Below, in pieces: positions 1 to 13,649 of a stretch of 64,000 nt of DNA. Location: the NCBI GenBank assembly GCA_951406725.2, contig OX597823.1, forward strand, positions 113,956,001-114,020,000. Reading direction: 5' to 3'. Below the pieces are notes generated by a model. It saw only the letters and a program-made list of their open reading frames with translations, did no database searches and was not told the DNA's origin. Each line of letters opens with the position of its first letter. The first letter of the stretch is position 1. The position numbers and the translations under genes were made by a program. Source of the stretch: Octopus vulgaris (taxonomy: Eukaryota).

Positions 1-16
1 CTATGTAGGTGCTTAC

Positions 17-63
17 ATTCGTATGGACTGAGAGACTATATACAAATTAGTTAAAAATAACAT
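17..63 (-). other. Possible exon end / start of a CDS of a gene running off the left edge
   Basis: ATG at 63 reads MLFLTNLYIVSQSIR to a donor AAT|GTAAGC (16-11); no recognisable homology. Confidence 0.2.
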
Positions 64-1816
64 CTCTTGTAAACAAGCTAAATGTCATATCTTTCCAAAT
101 TTTCATTTTTGTACTAAACTGAATCTGTATTCGGACCAAACAGAGGAGTAGGAGGCGGAGTAAGAGGAAAATAACGAACGTTAAGAGAGATAAAGTTGTG
201 CATAAACACGAAGGGAATGTACTTTATGAAACTCGAGAGCAAAGTTGTTCAATGAGTATGTGGTAGTAGCGGCCTATCGTTATATAAATGATTTATATAA
301 AATATTATTAAGAAAACGTTGCTGTTTTTTTTCTAGTTTTAGTTTAAATTATTTTATTCTTTATTTTATTTTCGTGTAGACAGATCTGTAAATTTAGTCA
401 TTTATTAAGTGCATATATGTGATGAGAAACTAACTGACAGTAATCAGCATCACAGCAACACAGTAGCAACGCAAGAACAAAGCGGGGTTGTGAGTGAAGA
501 GGTTTACGGGATGGAGCACTTCATTTCATGACTTTAAAGTAAAAACGAAGAAAAATCAGCTCGAACCGAATTCGTTATCATTAACTTCGGCACTTGACAA
601 TAATAGGCACACATTTCACTTGACGCCCACGCACACCTTCGCCTTGCCGCCCACGCTCTCTTCTTTACACCTAGTCTATCGTTTCAGCTCTGTGTATCTC
701 TTTCTCAGCATTTTTCTCTCTCTCACACTCTGTCTCTCTTTCTATAGCTACCTCTCTCTCCCCCCCCCCCTTGACGTGAGAAAGATAGAGAGGATATATT
801 TGTGTGTGAGTGTGTGTGTTTATCTATGTGTGCATTTGTGTATGTGTTCGAGTGTGTGACTATATCACCATCTCTCTGCCTCTATATCTCTATCTCAAGT
901 GTCTCATTACCTATCGGAGATAGATGAAACCATCGGGTACTTGATAACATATTCTTCAATAGAACGTTTTAGTATGAGTGATGGGGTTCAGGAAGTCTTT
1001 GGCTGGGCTATTAGTGAATAAGTGAGAGGGACAGAGGATGGGTGAGAGTAAAACGGGAAAGAGAGGTGGAAAGAGAGAAATGAAGAATTTTATCTCATTT
1101 ACACCCTTTAGTAGTGATCATCTCTTAAACGAAATATGCAAAATAAAAAATAAAATCTATCGCTTGTCCCAAATATAATGGACCATCAGACGTGACAAAA
1201 TTAGTCTTATTATAAATGGATGAATTTGACGTTAAATGCTTCATACTAGAAATCAGAAAATAATTCTTGATAGCTATATATGTGTGTACGTGCATCAGTG
1301 CATACACGTGCGTCTTCTGTTGGTATACGTGTGTAACTGCTTCTGATCTCTGCGTATAAGTGTGCGTCCGTACGTGCCTGTCAGAGCCTGAACCGTTTTA
1401 TACTTCTCTATTTCTTCTTCACTTTCATATTTCAAATGAAAGAAGCATAAGGTTAATGGCGTAAGCTTGCGGATTTGGGTAAGGAATACTCCCTGGAAAT
1501 ATTAAGATATTCTTCCAATATTTTCTAAGTACTTTTGATGGTTCATTCTACATGTAGCTCTTGGAAATCTATAAAGAAAAGCAAATTTACGATCATAGAC
1601 GAACAGTCCACAGAAATTTGCAAAAGCATACAACTCATTTGCACACACAGACTAATATTCACATACACACAGACATATAGGAATGCATTAGTGCAAATAT
1701 ATAAGTATGCGTGCGCATACACCCTTATGTATGCAAACGTTCGATACAGAACATATGGCAAAGGATCAGGTTTTTTAAATAGTATATAAGTTAAGAAAAC
1801 TGTTCTTTAGGGTTAC

Positions 1817-1920
1817 CTATTTTGTCATCAGTAGAATCATAATAAAGTGAAAGGTCGAACTGGGGATGACTTAAAGTAATGACAGCGAGGCGTTATATTT
1901 GCTGCGTCATAAGTCACGTT
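1817..1920 (-). promoter_or_regulatory. Candidate Pol II promoter (CRE-like + TATA + Inr) and short non-coding first exon
   Basis: On the minus strand: ACGTGA (1919-1914), TGACGCA (1909-1903), TATAA (1897-1893), an Inr-like TCATCC whose A at 1867 lies 30 nt after the TATA T, then donor TAG|GTAACC at 1817/1816. Confidence 0.45.
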
Positions 1921-2106
1921 CACTACGACCCACCAACTTCTTTCCATCTCTCTCTTTCCCCTATTTCTCTCTCCCTCTTCCTCCCCCTCTCTCTCTCTCC
2001 ACACACACACACACACACACACATACATATATTATATATATATATATATCAAAAGCTTACGTGCGCATGTATGTGAGTATGTATATATATGTTTTCTTAT
2101 CTGTCT

Positions 2107-2210
<104 letters not shown>

Positions 2211-2339
2211 TTGGGTGTGTATGATTGTGCATAGAAGAATATATTACTCAAAGAAATTCCAACTTTGATTTTCGCATTTTATTTAAAATCTTATAATATA
2301 ATTTAATGAAATGATAGAATATTAAATGTTCATTCTGAA

Positions 2340-2392
2340 ATACGGCTACGCATTTCGCCCGGCGTGCTAACGTTTCTGCCAGCTTGCCGCCT
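2340..2392 (-). mobile_element. SINE head fragment (family B)
   Basis: Reverse complement of GGCGGCAAGCTGGCAGAAACGTTAGCACGCCGGGCGAAATGC, which matches full copies elsewhere in the window. Confidence 0.75.
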
Positions 2393-2475
2393 ATCATTAT
2401 AATGCGCACCGTTAATATTGTTGTTGCTAATGGTAGTGGTCGTAGGAGTAGAAATAGTACCTCTGTGTGTTAGTA

Positions 2476-2730
2476 TTATTGTTTATTTAGCTTGGGATGG
2501 AATTTATTGATAAAGATATTTTCTCTGATTTTTCTTCCGATTGCATTTTGACTGTGTAGTTTGAAGAATGTAAATATTATAAATAGTTTCCGACGGCATG
2601 TTACTAGATGGCTACTCAAAGGTATCTGACGGACATCTGGGTCTCTGATTTTCTGTCGGTGGACACGTGAAAGTTCTGATAGTGCATTTGCAGTCTGACC
2701 AACATATAGTTCTTCATAATTTGGGCATTT
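2476..2730 (-). pseudogene. Penelope-like element GIY-YIG endonuclease fragment (3' end of ORF)
   Basis: KCPNYEELYVGQT..VHRQKIRDP..LSSHL..C..RKIRENIFINKFHPKLN fits the GIY-YIG pattern (YIGxT, H, RxxxE, FI, PxLN). Confidence 0.8.
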
Positions 2731-2760
2731 GAAACTGAAGGAAGCCGTTCGTATATATGT

Positions 2761-2827
<67 letters not shown>

Positions 2828-3048
2828 TGTGTGTATATGTTTATGTGTCTGCGTTTGCCACCCCCACATCGCTTGACAACTGATGGTGGTGTGTTTACGA
2901 CCCCGTAATCTAGCGGTTCAGCGAAAGAGACCGATAGAATAACTACTAGGCTTACAAAGAAAGAGTCCTGGATTCGATTTGCTCGACAAAAGGCGGTGCT
3001 CCATCATGGCCGCAGCCAAATGACTGAAACAAGTAAAAGAGTAAAAGA
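2731..3048 (+). mobile_element. tRNA-derived SINE family A (Octopus OK-like), 5'-truncated
   Basis: GAAACTGAAGGAAGCC-(TA)n-CGCTTGACAAC...CATGGCCGCAGCCAAATGACTGAAACAAGTAAAAGA; many copies in the window. Confidence 0.85.
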
Positions 3049-3259
3049 ATAAACAAGAGTATGTATACATACATTTATAGATACATACATTAAGAAAAGT
3101 GCGTGCATACATACATACGTATACACACACACACACACACACACACATACACACACACACACACACACATACATAATCTTTCTTTGAGAGAAATAGTAGC
3201 CATAAGATAAATATGGAAAAACAAGAGCTAGCAATATACATCATTTGTATTAAGTACTG

Positions 3260-3580
3260 GATGTAATTAAGTGAGACATGTTCTCGTTTATTTGCTTTTT
3301 ATCTCTTGTAAAAGTATGAAGATGATTTATTAATTGATTAACAATATGTTACTCAGGTTTTAGCTCGTGCTTTGCACCTGATGAATCTGTCAGATAAATT
3401 TCTCATCTTATTCGTCTTTTTGTAAGAGTTTGTCATGAATTTTGAGGAAAATCGTTCTGTGCTAGATTCGGTACATTATGGTTCTCGCCAATTTTGAATT
3501 AGAGACTGAATCATGGAAACAGTCCGATGGAATAAACATTTCTCTAACGTCTTACAAATAATTTACCATACCTGTTATAT
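3260..3580 (+). mobile_element. Degraded Penelope-like terminal repeat with remnant hammerhead core
   Basis: CTGATGA (3378-3384) and GAAACAGTC (3516-3524) in AT-rich sequence next to (TA)n; stems poorly preserved. Confidence 0.3.
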
Positions 3581-3693
3581 GTATATATATATTTTCATTT
3601 ATTTTATTTTATCTAGTTTCAGCTCACGAGCTGTGGCCATGCTGGGTCACCGCCATATATATATATATATTATTTCATTCTTTCTTTTCTTTT

Positions 3694-3960
3694 ATGTGTT
3701 TCAGTCATTCAACTGCGACCATGCTGGAGCAACGCATTTAGTCGAATTATATTGACCCCAGGACTTATTCTTTCTATTCTAGTTCTAATTCTATCAGTCT
3801 CTTATGCCGAGCCGCTAAATTACATGGACATAAATACACCAACATCGGTTGTCAAGCGATGGTGGGGGACAAACACAAACATACACACACATACACACAC
3901 ATACACACACATACACACACAGACATATATATATATATATATATATATGCATATATATAT
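3694..3960 (-). mobile_element. SINE family A, 3' half
   Basis: Reverse complement of the family A 3' domain, ending in its internal microsatellite. Confidence 0.8.
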
Positions 3961-3962
3961 AT

Positions 3963-4000
<38 letters not shown>

Positions 4001-4002
<2 letters not shown>

Positions 4003-6214
4003 GTTTCTTTATTGGCCACACAGGGCTGCACACAGATGGGACAAGTTACAAGGTAGAGCTTTTCTTTTGGGGGATGAAGAGAACAAAAAACAAAAGAAAA
4101 AAAAGGGGGGGCGTAGGTTTTCGATCAAGAGGGATCGTAAAAGGGAAGAAAAGAACAACAAAAAAAATTGAATAAAATAAAAATAATAAAAAGAAAAAAA
4201 AGAAAAGGAAAAGGAACAAAAGGAAAGAGAAATGAAAAAAGAAGAAAAAAGGGGGAAAATGGGGAAGAGGAAAAAAAAGAACGATCAATAGGGATCGTGT
4301 ATCACAGTGTTATGATATATGGTGTAAAGGGGAAAGCAAGTAAGGTTTATCCGTGGGGAGAAAAGCCTACGAAAAAGACCACGGTCAATATTGTTATATG
4401 TTAACACATTTGTTTGCAAGTGGGTAACCCTCTGTTTTCAATTTCTGGGTTCATAGGATTATGCTCAAGGTGGCTTCGTCATTCATACGTGCCATCCTTG
4501 CTACATTCACCCATCTTTTTTTAAAACATTCGCTAGACAAAACTTGCCTCTCTACTCTCACTTTCCTTTTCAAGTGGTACTTGAAGAAGTTGATGAGAGA
4601 TTGACCAGACAGGAAAGTGTTTGTCTCCAATCCTTTCAGACGCGTCCACCAGATACATTCTTTCGCCATAGCCACAAGGATGATGAAAATAGCTCTTCCT
4701 TCCCGTTTGAAGGAAGGAGGCGTGACAATATTGACGATAGACTCAGCTGATAAACCGACTCGTCCCACACGTGACAGCAGTTGTTCGACATAAGCCCACA
4801 GGTCGGAAATTGTTGGACACTGCACGAGTGCGTGCAGAACGGTTTCGTCGCTCTGACCGCATCTCGGGCAGGTCGGCCCCGTGTTTCTCGAGCCGTGTCT
4901 GTAGAGCTTATCCCGAACGGGTAGCGCTTCTCGGTAGCACTGCCAGGCCAGGGATCTCTGGAAGTTGTCCATGAGCCCTGGCCCGAAAGTCGTCCTGAAC
5001 AGGCGGGTCAGGTACTCCTCGTCGACGTCCAGGTTCGCCCCGAGCTCGTCGTCGTACCTCCCTTCCACTAATCCCCTATAGAATGCTTTGGTTGTGTTGA
5101 AGTCACTCAAGGTCGACCCGGGACGGCAGAGTTGCTTGAGAGCAACGCGACACTCGCGGTGCCAATCGCCCTTCCTCGGCCTCTTTTTGATCCACGACTG
5201 CAGTTCGGTCATGGAGAAGAGCTGCGGGAAAGCGTGCCTCACAAACGGTGACCACACCTGTTCACCATCGTCTACATAGAGCCAGAGATGTCGCAGTCTC
5301 AGCGCGTGTCTGCGCATCATCAACCACGGCATGCCCAACCCTCCTTTTAACGGGTGTTGACAGCAAATGGATCACCTGACCATCGGGACGCATCCTTTCC
5401 ACAAGAATCGAAAGAGAATGCGTTGTAGTTTGGTGATGGTAGGGTCGGGACAAGGTACGACGGTCAGGCGGTAGTAGATGACGGACGCGATGTACGTGTT
5501 CGCCACCTCCGCCCGACCTTTTAGGGACAGTTTCCTCTCGGCCCATTGCAGGGCGAGAGTGACCACCCTACTCGTTATCTCTTTCCAGTTCTTCTCCAGT
5601 TCTTTTCCAGACCTCGAGCAACTCAACCGGGCCGTCGGTCCAGCGCCCCATGACGGAGGCGCTGGTGGACGGCATGGGCTTGCTTCTCCAGGTGCCTAGT
5701 CGCAAGCCCACTGACTTTTCCCGGTTGATTTTCACTCCTGTCACCGCTTCGTAGTTTTTCAGTGTCTCGCCGACCTGCTCGATGTGCTCGTGGCTAGACA
5801 CTATGACGGTGACGTCGTCCGCGTATGCAGACACGCTCGTCCCGCATCCCAGTTCTCGCGGGATGCCCCTCAAAGTTGCCAGCTTCCGCAATAATGGCTC
5901 GAGAGTCAATACGTATAGAAGCGACGAGAGGGGGCATCCCTGACGGACCGAACGTGCGATGTCGAAGGGTCTCGATAGATGTCCATTCACGTGAATTACC
6001 GAACGGATGCCTCTGTACAAAGCGGCTATCCAGCCGCGGAAGACGGAACCGAAGCCTGCCGCTCTGAGGACCGCCTCCAAGTATCGATGGTCTACCCTAT
6101 CGAAAGCTTTCGATTGATCCAAATTGATCAGCGCCCCACCCATGCCAGGTTCGTTAACTACCCTGTCTATGATGTAGCGCATCAGGTGGAGGTTGTCATG
6201 GATGGTCCGGCCCG
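4001..6214 (-). mobile_element. 5'-truncated L1/Tx1-clade LINE (RT + zf-RVT), frameshifted
   Basis: ORFs 5568-6260, 5372-5626 and 4451-5338 give GRTIHDN, LDQSKAFDRVDH, VRQGCPLS, AYADDV, LSLKGR and CPRC..ETVLHALVQC. AATAAA lies at 4013-4008 on the minus strand, followed by (CTAT)n. Confidence 0.92.
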
Positions 6215-6609
6215 TAAAGTCTTCATTCGTAGCTGAAGACAAGATCCAGACGAAATACACACCAGCAGTGTACTAACTTGACCAAAATAAAATGTATAGT
6301 ACACATCTGTATGTGTACATAAATATAAAGAGGGGGAGGAGGAGGTGAGAGAGAGACAGATAGACAGACAAACAGACTGAAAAAGAAACAGACATTCATA
6401 GGTACATGTTCACACTTATTAATATATATGCACCCTTGTCTGTATCTCCTTTAAAATATCACTCACGTTCTAAAAATGATTACAACACAGGAGCCTACAA
6501 TAAATTAGTTTAGCTGGATACATAACATAACCATAGATTTCTATTTAATAAATTTCATTTTCATCTTTTAATTGTACATATTCTAATTATTCACACCTAT
6601 ACATGTTTT

Positions 6610-6885
6610 GTGGCTGTGTGGTAAAACGTTAGCTTCCCAACAATATGGTTCCGGTTTAAGTCCCACTGCGTGGCAACTTGGGCAGGTGTCTTCTGCTATA
6701 TCCACGGGTCAACCAAATCTTTTGAGTGGGTTTGGTACACAGCAACTGAAAGAAAACCGTTGATGTATGTGTGCATGTGTGTGTGCATGGGTGCATGTGT
6801 GTGTGTATGCATGCATGTATGTATGTATATATGTATGCATGTATGTATGTATTTATTTATGTATGTATGTATGCATGCATGTATG

Positions 6886-6916
<31 letters not shown>

Positions 6917-7167
6917 GTATGTATGTATGTATGTATGGTTGGATGGATGGATGGATCGATCGATCGGAGCATGGATGGAAGTGTGTCTTTATGTTTGTGC
7001 TCGTTTCCCACTGTCGCTTGACAACCGGTGTTGGTATGTTTACATCACCTATAGAATAAGTACCAAGCTTAAAAAGAAAATAAGTACAAGGGGCGATTAA
7101 TTCGACTATAAATATTCAAGGCGGTGCACCAGCATGGCCGCAGTCTGATGACTGAAGCAAATGAAAG
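6610..7167 (+). mobile_element. SINE family A
   Basis: GTGGCTGTGTGGTAA head with tRNA-like A/B boxes, internal (TATG)n, conserved 3' domain. Confidence 0.85.
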
Positions 7168-9373
7168 CTAGAACATCAAAAACACGTGATATTCCCTTTA
7201 TATATTTATTTCCAAATATTTAGAAGCGTTACTAGTGTTAATAGAATCTTGTCGGTCCCAGAATTAACATTGTTGTTAGAAAGAACGGTGTCATATTCTT
7301 CAATGTTTTCAAATTCGGGAGTAAAAGTGAGAACGATAACAAAGTAACAAAAAGATAACATTTTCTGCAGATGCATGGGGATTATACAAGAGCGGAGAAG
7401 CGAAACACAAGGTGCAGGCGTATAAAGGTTTATTGATAACGAAATGATGTTTCAAACGTAAAACAGATCTCTTTCGACACACTTGCAAAGAAAATGTAAA
7501 GCAAAAAATATTGTTTCAAATCATGAGCAGAGAAATGAACCTGAAGAAACAAAGATTCCAGTGAACTAGATTTCAAATATGGCGACTAAATTTTCCAGCT
7601 GTGGAAGAAAGAAAGGATGTGGTGCAACACAAACGATAAAAAGACACTTGTGTGTGACAATTCTTCTTACATCTCTCCACGACCCATGAACAAAGCATGA
7701 AGTATGCACACACACACAAAGAAAGAAAACACACAGATAAACACACATACAAAGAGATATACTTAGATATATGCACGCACAAAAAGAGAAAAGAGAAGAG
7801 ATAGAGGAGGTGCTCTCTCTCATCCTCTCGCTCTCTCTCTCTCTCTACTCACACACACATATATATATTCGAAAACAGATACATACATAGACTCACACGT
7901 ACACAAACACGCACGTACGTACATACAGACGCAGTGGGAGAGAAATACAGAGAGAGAGAGAAAGAGAGATGAAATTAAATAAAATAATTTATTAGATAGG
8001 CAAACACAGATATGTGTCTTCATGTATTTCTTTCTCTTCCCATCTCTCTTTCCCCATATATATATATATATATATATATGCATGAGCCTGAAAAGTTTTT
8101 ATGTACACATATATATGCGAATATATATATATAATATATATATACACTCACGACATTTACTTGTACACACACACACAACACACTCACACACACACACACA
8201 TATATATATACACACTTATTGTTAAATGTATATGTGCTTATGTGTGTCTGCACATGTGTGTTATACCGACAGGTGTTTGCGTGACTGTGCAATCTTCCTT
8301 TGAGTATGTACGTTTTTATGTGCATTCATCAATCCGTATGTACTCACATTGAATCAACCACAGTTCTACCTTGCCCCCCACCCTCCTTTACGCCAGTCAT
8401 ATGCTTAATGGACTCCTTTTGATATATAATATGTACTAACTCTCACCTCATAGCCATTACAGTACTTATGAACTTTTGGCGGGAAATATCGATCAGCTTT
8501 AATAGAAAGGGAACATCAATAGCTGAATTACCAATGTTCTTTATATTGGTTTCTTTCAGAACGTGCCATTTCGGTAAATTCTTGACATAAAGTCACATTT
8601 TTCAGCTCTCTACCAAATAATAGAACGTTTGACTTCCATATAATACTGTTCAATATGATTTCATTATTCGAAAGTAGTCTCGTCTTTTATTAGAAATTAT
8701 GTATTCGGTCAGCATCTGTTAAGATATGGCTTAAAGAGGCTTGATGAATAGGTGAAATCTCACTTAATGCTTCTCATTTCATTATTTGCCCTGCTTTGTT
8801 ATTTTCAATGCTCCTGATGGTTTGTTTTATTCCTTTTTTTTCTTTTCATTGCAGTTCGATTTCTTTTGTTGTATTCTTTAACAGCAAGAAATGGAATTCG
8901 TGGCAATCTGAAGCAGGGTTGCGTTTTCTATTCCTGGCGTGAAACCTCTCCCTTTATGTATGCCAGTAACTCTATTAGGAAAACTAACAACGTTGCGCCT
9001 CACCCCACTGTTTCCTCCGCCAGCCTTTTAACTCAATGTATTCAACCTTTGAATAAGAATTAATCTTTACTTCCAAATCATGATATGTAGAGTTCGAACC
9101 TACTCTGCTGCACCGCCAGCAAATGTCTACTTCCGTAGTAATGTAAACTATGCCACCGCCTATCAACATACTGGTACGAGTTCTGAGGGAACCATTCCAA
9201 GGCCACTATTTAACCGTTGGTATCTTTTAGCGGGGCCACGCTTTTACAAGAACACAACTCCATTTCTGGTTTGAAGGTATCCTACTATATGCGCTCGCTG
9301 ATTTGTAAAGCAGAAAAACATTCGAAAGTTCGTTTCTTCCTTTTATACCGAAGGATTACCCTTCTTCTCTAAA

Positions 9374-9429
<56 letters not shown>

Positions 9430-9433
<4 letters not shown>

Positions 9434-9638
9434 GTGTACATTTAAACACAAGATAATACTATCTTTAACAGGTAATTTTTACACGCTAGAAGAAGCAGTC
9501 AAAACGACCAAAATCACATTTAAGAGCAAGTTTCGAAATTGCTCTTAAATGTAGTTTTGGTAGTTTTGACTGCTTCTTCTAGGGTGTAAAAATTACCTGT
9601 TAAAAGTAGTTTTCTCTTGTGTTTAAATGTACACTATT
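9430..9638. repeat. ~209-bp imperfect palindrome (fold-back)
   Basis: Arm AATAGTGTACATTTAAACACAAG...TAAGAGCAA and its reverse complement, centred on TTTCGAAA (9531-9538). Confidence 0.9.
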
Positions 9639-10908
9639 TTGTATTAAGAATATGTTGTCTATTGACTTATTTATACATGCTAGGCCACTGGTGGGGAAAT
9701 TTCTAAAAATATTCGATATCCTATATATTTACGTATATATATATAAGCCTTCTTGCCCAGCATGCTAACGATTCATTTTTTAATAATATAAATAATAATT
9801 AATATGATCCATTAATATTGTGATCATTGTAGCTGTTGTTATTACTTCAGCTGCAGATTCAACTCTGTTTAAATAATCCTACGATCAAAGGTTTTCCAAT
9901 CATGACCACACTGTCTCTTTAGAGGTTTTCATGACTGTATTATGTAATAAACCCTTGGTACCTTAAGAAGGTGATTTGTGGGAGACTTGACTGCTCATTC
10001 TAGGGAATCGATCTACCACAGTGAGGCTTATTTATTGGTTAGCAGTAGCTGTGACAGCAGCATCTCAGAGGGGCTACACTTTACTGGTTAGTAGTAGTAG
10101 TAGTAGTAGTAGAAGTTATAGTAGCAGCAGCAGCAGCGGCGGCGGCGGCGGTGGTGGTGGTGGTGGTGGTGGTGGTAGTGGCAGTAGTATAAGTACCAGC
10201 CACTGTGGCTCCATCAGTAGATACCTCAGTCTTAGAATACTAATATGTTAGAACTAATTGCCAAAGGTTCTAGTAAATACAATTTAAAACAATGGTGCTT
10301 CCATCTCCAGAACATTCTACTTCTATATCTGAAGCCATTAATCTTTCTTAAGTAACATGGTTTTGACATATTATTGCATTAACTTTCTACATATTACACT
10401 TGATTCGTTTTATTGTAATGTTAAATTCTCTCCTAAATTTCCTCGCTTAACGTTACAACAATTAAAAAGACGCTATAAATTAATAATACATTTATGATTA
10501 AATTCTCCAGTATCCCATTCTTACTGCTTACATCACCTTTTACAAGACATCCACATCTTCCAATAAATTCTCCTCTGCTTGATCTGCAAGAAATTACAGC
10601 CAAATTATCCCCTAATATACATTCTGTTATTCCGGGAAAGGAGGAAACATTAGTTTACGTAGTCCTACATATGTTTTGTTTCCCTAACAAAACTGTGTGG
10701 CCTTTGATGAATCACCTTTTTTCATAGTTTTGTTTCTATTTGTTTATTTTTCTTATTTAGTCAGAGAAAGTAGGGCAGCGTACTGGATACTTTTCAAGAT
10801 TGGTTGAAAGAAGTGTGAAAGTGTGCAACGAATTGGTCCGAGCGAAACGCAGTCATGGTCGTATTGTAATAGTAGTAGTAGTAGTAGTAGTATTATTATT
10901 ATTATTAT

Positions 10909-10959
<51 letters not shown>

Positions 10960-11439
10960 CAGTATTGCTGGTGGTACTGGTATTAGTGGTGTGTATGGTA
11001 AGCATGATGAGGCTTTGACCAGAATCGAAACAAAACCAATAGCAGGCTATATTCTATACTTCAGTTGGCTATTCAAATACGAGCAAAAATCCCCCACCCG
11101 TCCAATGGACGGTGCTGAGTTGTCAAACATTTAAACCAAATTTTCTCAAAATAACTTGTCCGACCGTCACATAGGCCTCTCCTTTGAGAAACACTGATTT
11201 AGCCTAAATTTGAGACACCAGCAAAAGAAGAATTAAAGACAGATTTTTTGTATTCCAAAGAAAAACGATTTTATTCACACAAATATGCAACCGAATAGTT
11301 TAAAGTACCAGTAATGATAAGGCTGTTGAATGGGAGAACACAAACATGGTTTAAACAGTAAGCTTGGCAGGAAAGAAACTTGCCTTTAAGTAGTACAAAA
11401 ACAACAAAAATAGAAGGTGCGGTTATGTACAGGCCGACG

Positions 11440-11635
11440 GAAGAAAAGCAGGACAAAAACGGCTTTATCGATCGCATTCTCACCGGTAATCGATTTTGTA
11501 ATTTTTTCCAGACTTATACACGCCCTGGTACTGTCGGTATCTACATATCAAATTTGAGCGCAATCGGATGGAGGATGCCCGAGATCCTAGAAGACACACA
11601 CACAGACAGACAGAACGGATTTTATATAATATATA
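11440..11635 (-). mobile_element. Probable 5' part of a non-autonomous Helitron-like element
   Basis: CAAATTTGAGCGCAATCGG...(CA)n(CAGA)n...TTTTATATAATA layout resembles non-autonomous Helitron ends; similar pieces at 21220-21455. Confidence 0.4.
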
Positions 11636-11826
11636 ATAGTTGTGATTCGCTAATATCAGGAACAAGAGATTAGATGTGAAAACATGTTTTTACTCTTAGA
11701 AAAATTGCAGATTCGTAAAAATTTAGCCAAAAAACCACCCACATCAGTTATTCTAAAAGAAGTTTCTGTTCGTTATCTTCACTTCATTGACTCTGTAATA
11801 TATAACGTTGTGTGTTTTAAAGTTAA

Positions 11827-11898
<72 letters not shown>

Positions 11899-13180
11899 TA
11901 ATAGCAACAGCAACAACAAAATTCTCGCCATCATGCTAATGAACTGAAGTAAAATTATAAAAGTATATTGCTTTGTCAGTTAATTTTGTCTACACACAAT
12001 ATAAATATGATTTTCTATGCGACTAATTATGTAAATTATACGTAAATATGTAACATGCCACAAGACTATGTCTGCCAACACTAACATATAAGATGCGTAT
12101 ATAGTGTAACTATTAATATTTGGTCTGAACTTTATGAACCATTTTATTTCTGAACTTCATGATGTTTTAAATTTCAAACAATTCAATTATTCTAGTAATG
12201 TCTTGTTTACCATATGTTTCATTCATTTGATGTTTTCTACAAATTACTGACAGAAAACGTATTAAGATTATTTCAATAGTTACTATGAACCAATATATGT
12301 AAATTTTGTGAAAGTGGGAGGTTGGTATCGGTATCTTTAAATAAGAGGAATTATAAATAGCATGGAAATATGCGAGCGCAAACTTGGGTCATTAAGAATT
12401 TAATTTTGAATTGCAAAATTATTTGATCACAAGAAGATTGGTGCATTAAACAAGTCTATATGAAGTTCACTTGATATCGACCAACACAAGCAGAGTAACA
12501 GACGTTCTTCTTTTGTATTCTTGCCTCACAACATGTGTGCCGTTTTAGTACTTTGGAAGCGGGTCTGTACGCTTTCACTTAACCAAATCTTGCACCTTTC
12601 ATTTAGCAATATTCTTGTATAATTAATGATTAACATGACTCTATCACAATACATGTTTTTAGTTCAATTTCAATATCAGCGAATAAACTATTTGACAAAA
12701 CATTATCAAGTTATTTCAATACTCAATCAAAAATATTTCAATATGGAGTGAAACGGGAGCACTTTCATGTCAGGCCCAATGGAATCAATGCATGAATAAA
12801 TCAGCTTGGTAATAGTTTGGCTTCTTAATATGGAAACAGGCGCCCTTTCCAAAGGGCGAGAAAACTAAAGATACCATATCCAATGTACTTTCTTTTAAGA
12901 CGACACGGTTTAATTTAAGCGATAATTATCTTCTATTTTCGATCAGTGTTGAATACTATGCAAAATCTTCCACGTAAGCTAAATAACATACAATATTACG
13001 TAATCCCCTCGTTTCTTTGCACCTCAAACAGATAGGTTTTTCACACAGTGCTTCGGGCAAGAAGCTAAGGTGTGACATAATCAGTGAATAATACAGAGGT
13101 TACACGATAGAAGAATGTTTGTTTGCTCTGTTGCTTCAAATAAATATCGAGTACAAGTGCTTGTCTTCTCAATATATATT

Positions 13181-13542
13181 CTTTTACTTGTTTCGGTCAC
13201 TTTAGTCGAGCAAATCGACCCCAGGGCTTATTCTTTGTAAACTTAGTACTTATTCCATCCGTCTTTTGTCGAACCGCTAAGTTACGGGTACGTAAAAACA
13301 CACCAGCATCGGTTGTCAAGCGATGTTGGGACAAACACAGACACACAAACATACACATACACACATATATACATATATACGGCGGGCTTCTTTCCGTTTC
13401 CGTCTACCAAATCCACTCACAAGGCTTTGGTCGGCCCGAGGCTATAGTAGAAGACACTTGCCCAAGTTGCCACGCAGTGGGACTGAACCCGGAACCATGT
13501 GGTTGGTATGCAAGCTACTTACCACACAGCCACTCCTGTGCC
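13181..13542 (-). mobile_element. SINE family A
   Basis: Near full-length reverse copy with a small 3' deletion. Confidence 0.88.
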
Positions 13543-13649
13543 TAGTATCAACAATGGTTATATTAATTGCTTCGTTTTGTTTCAGATGTTTAAAAAAATG
13601 TTGTCCCTGTAGTCATGTTATAAACCATCCGTTTCTTTTTTCTCCCAGC

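Noticed and set aside
8835-9280. Plus-strand exon after TTTTCATTGCAG, with ORFs 8866-9063 and 9080-9274
   Set aside because: No good donor, no recognisable protein and no partner exons.
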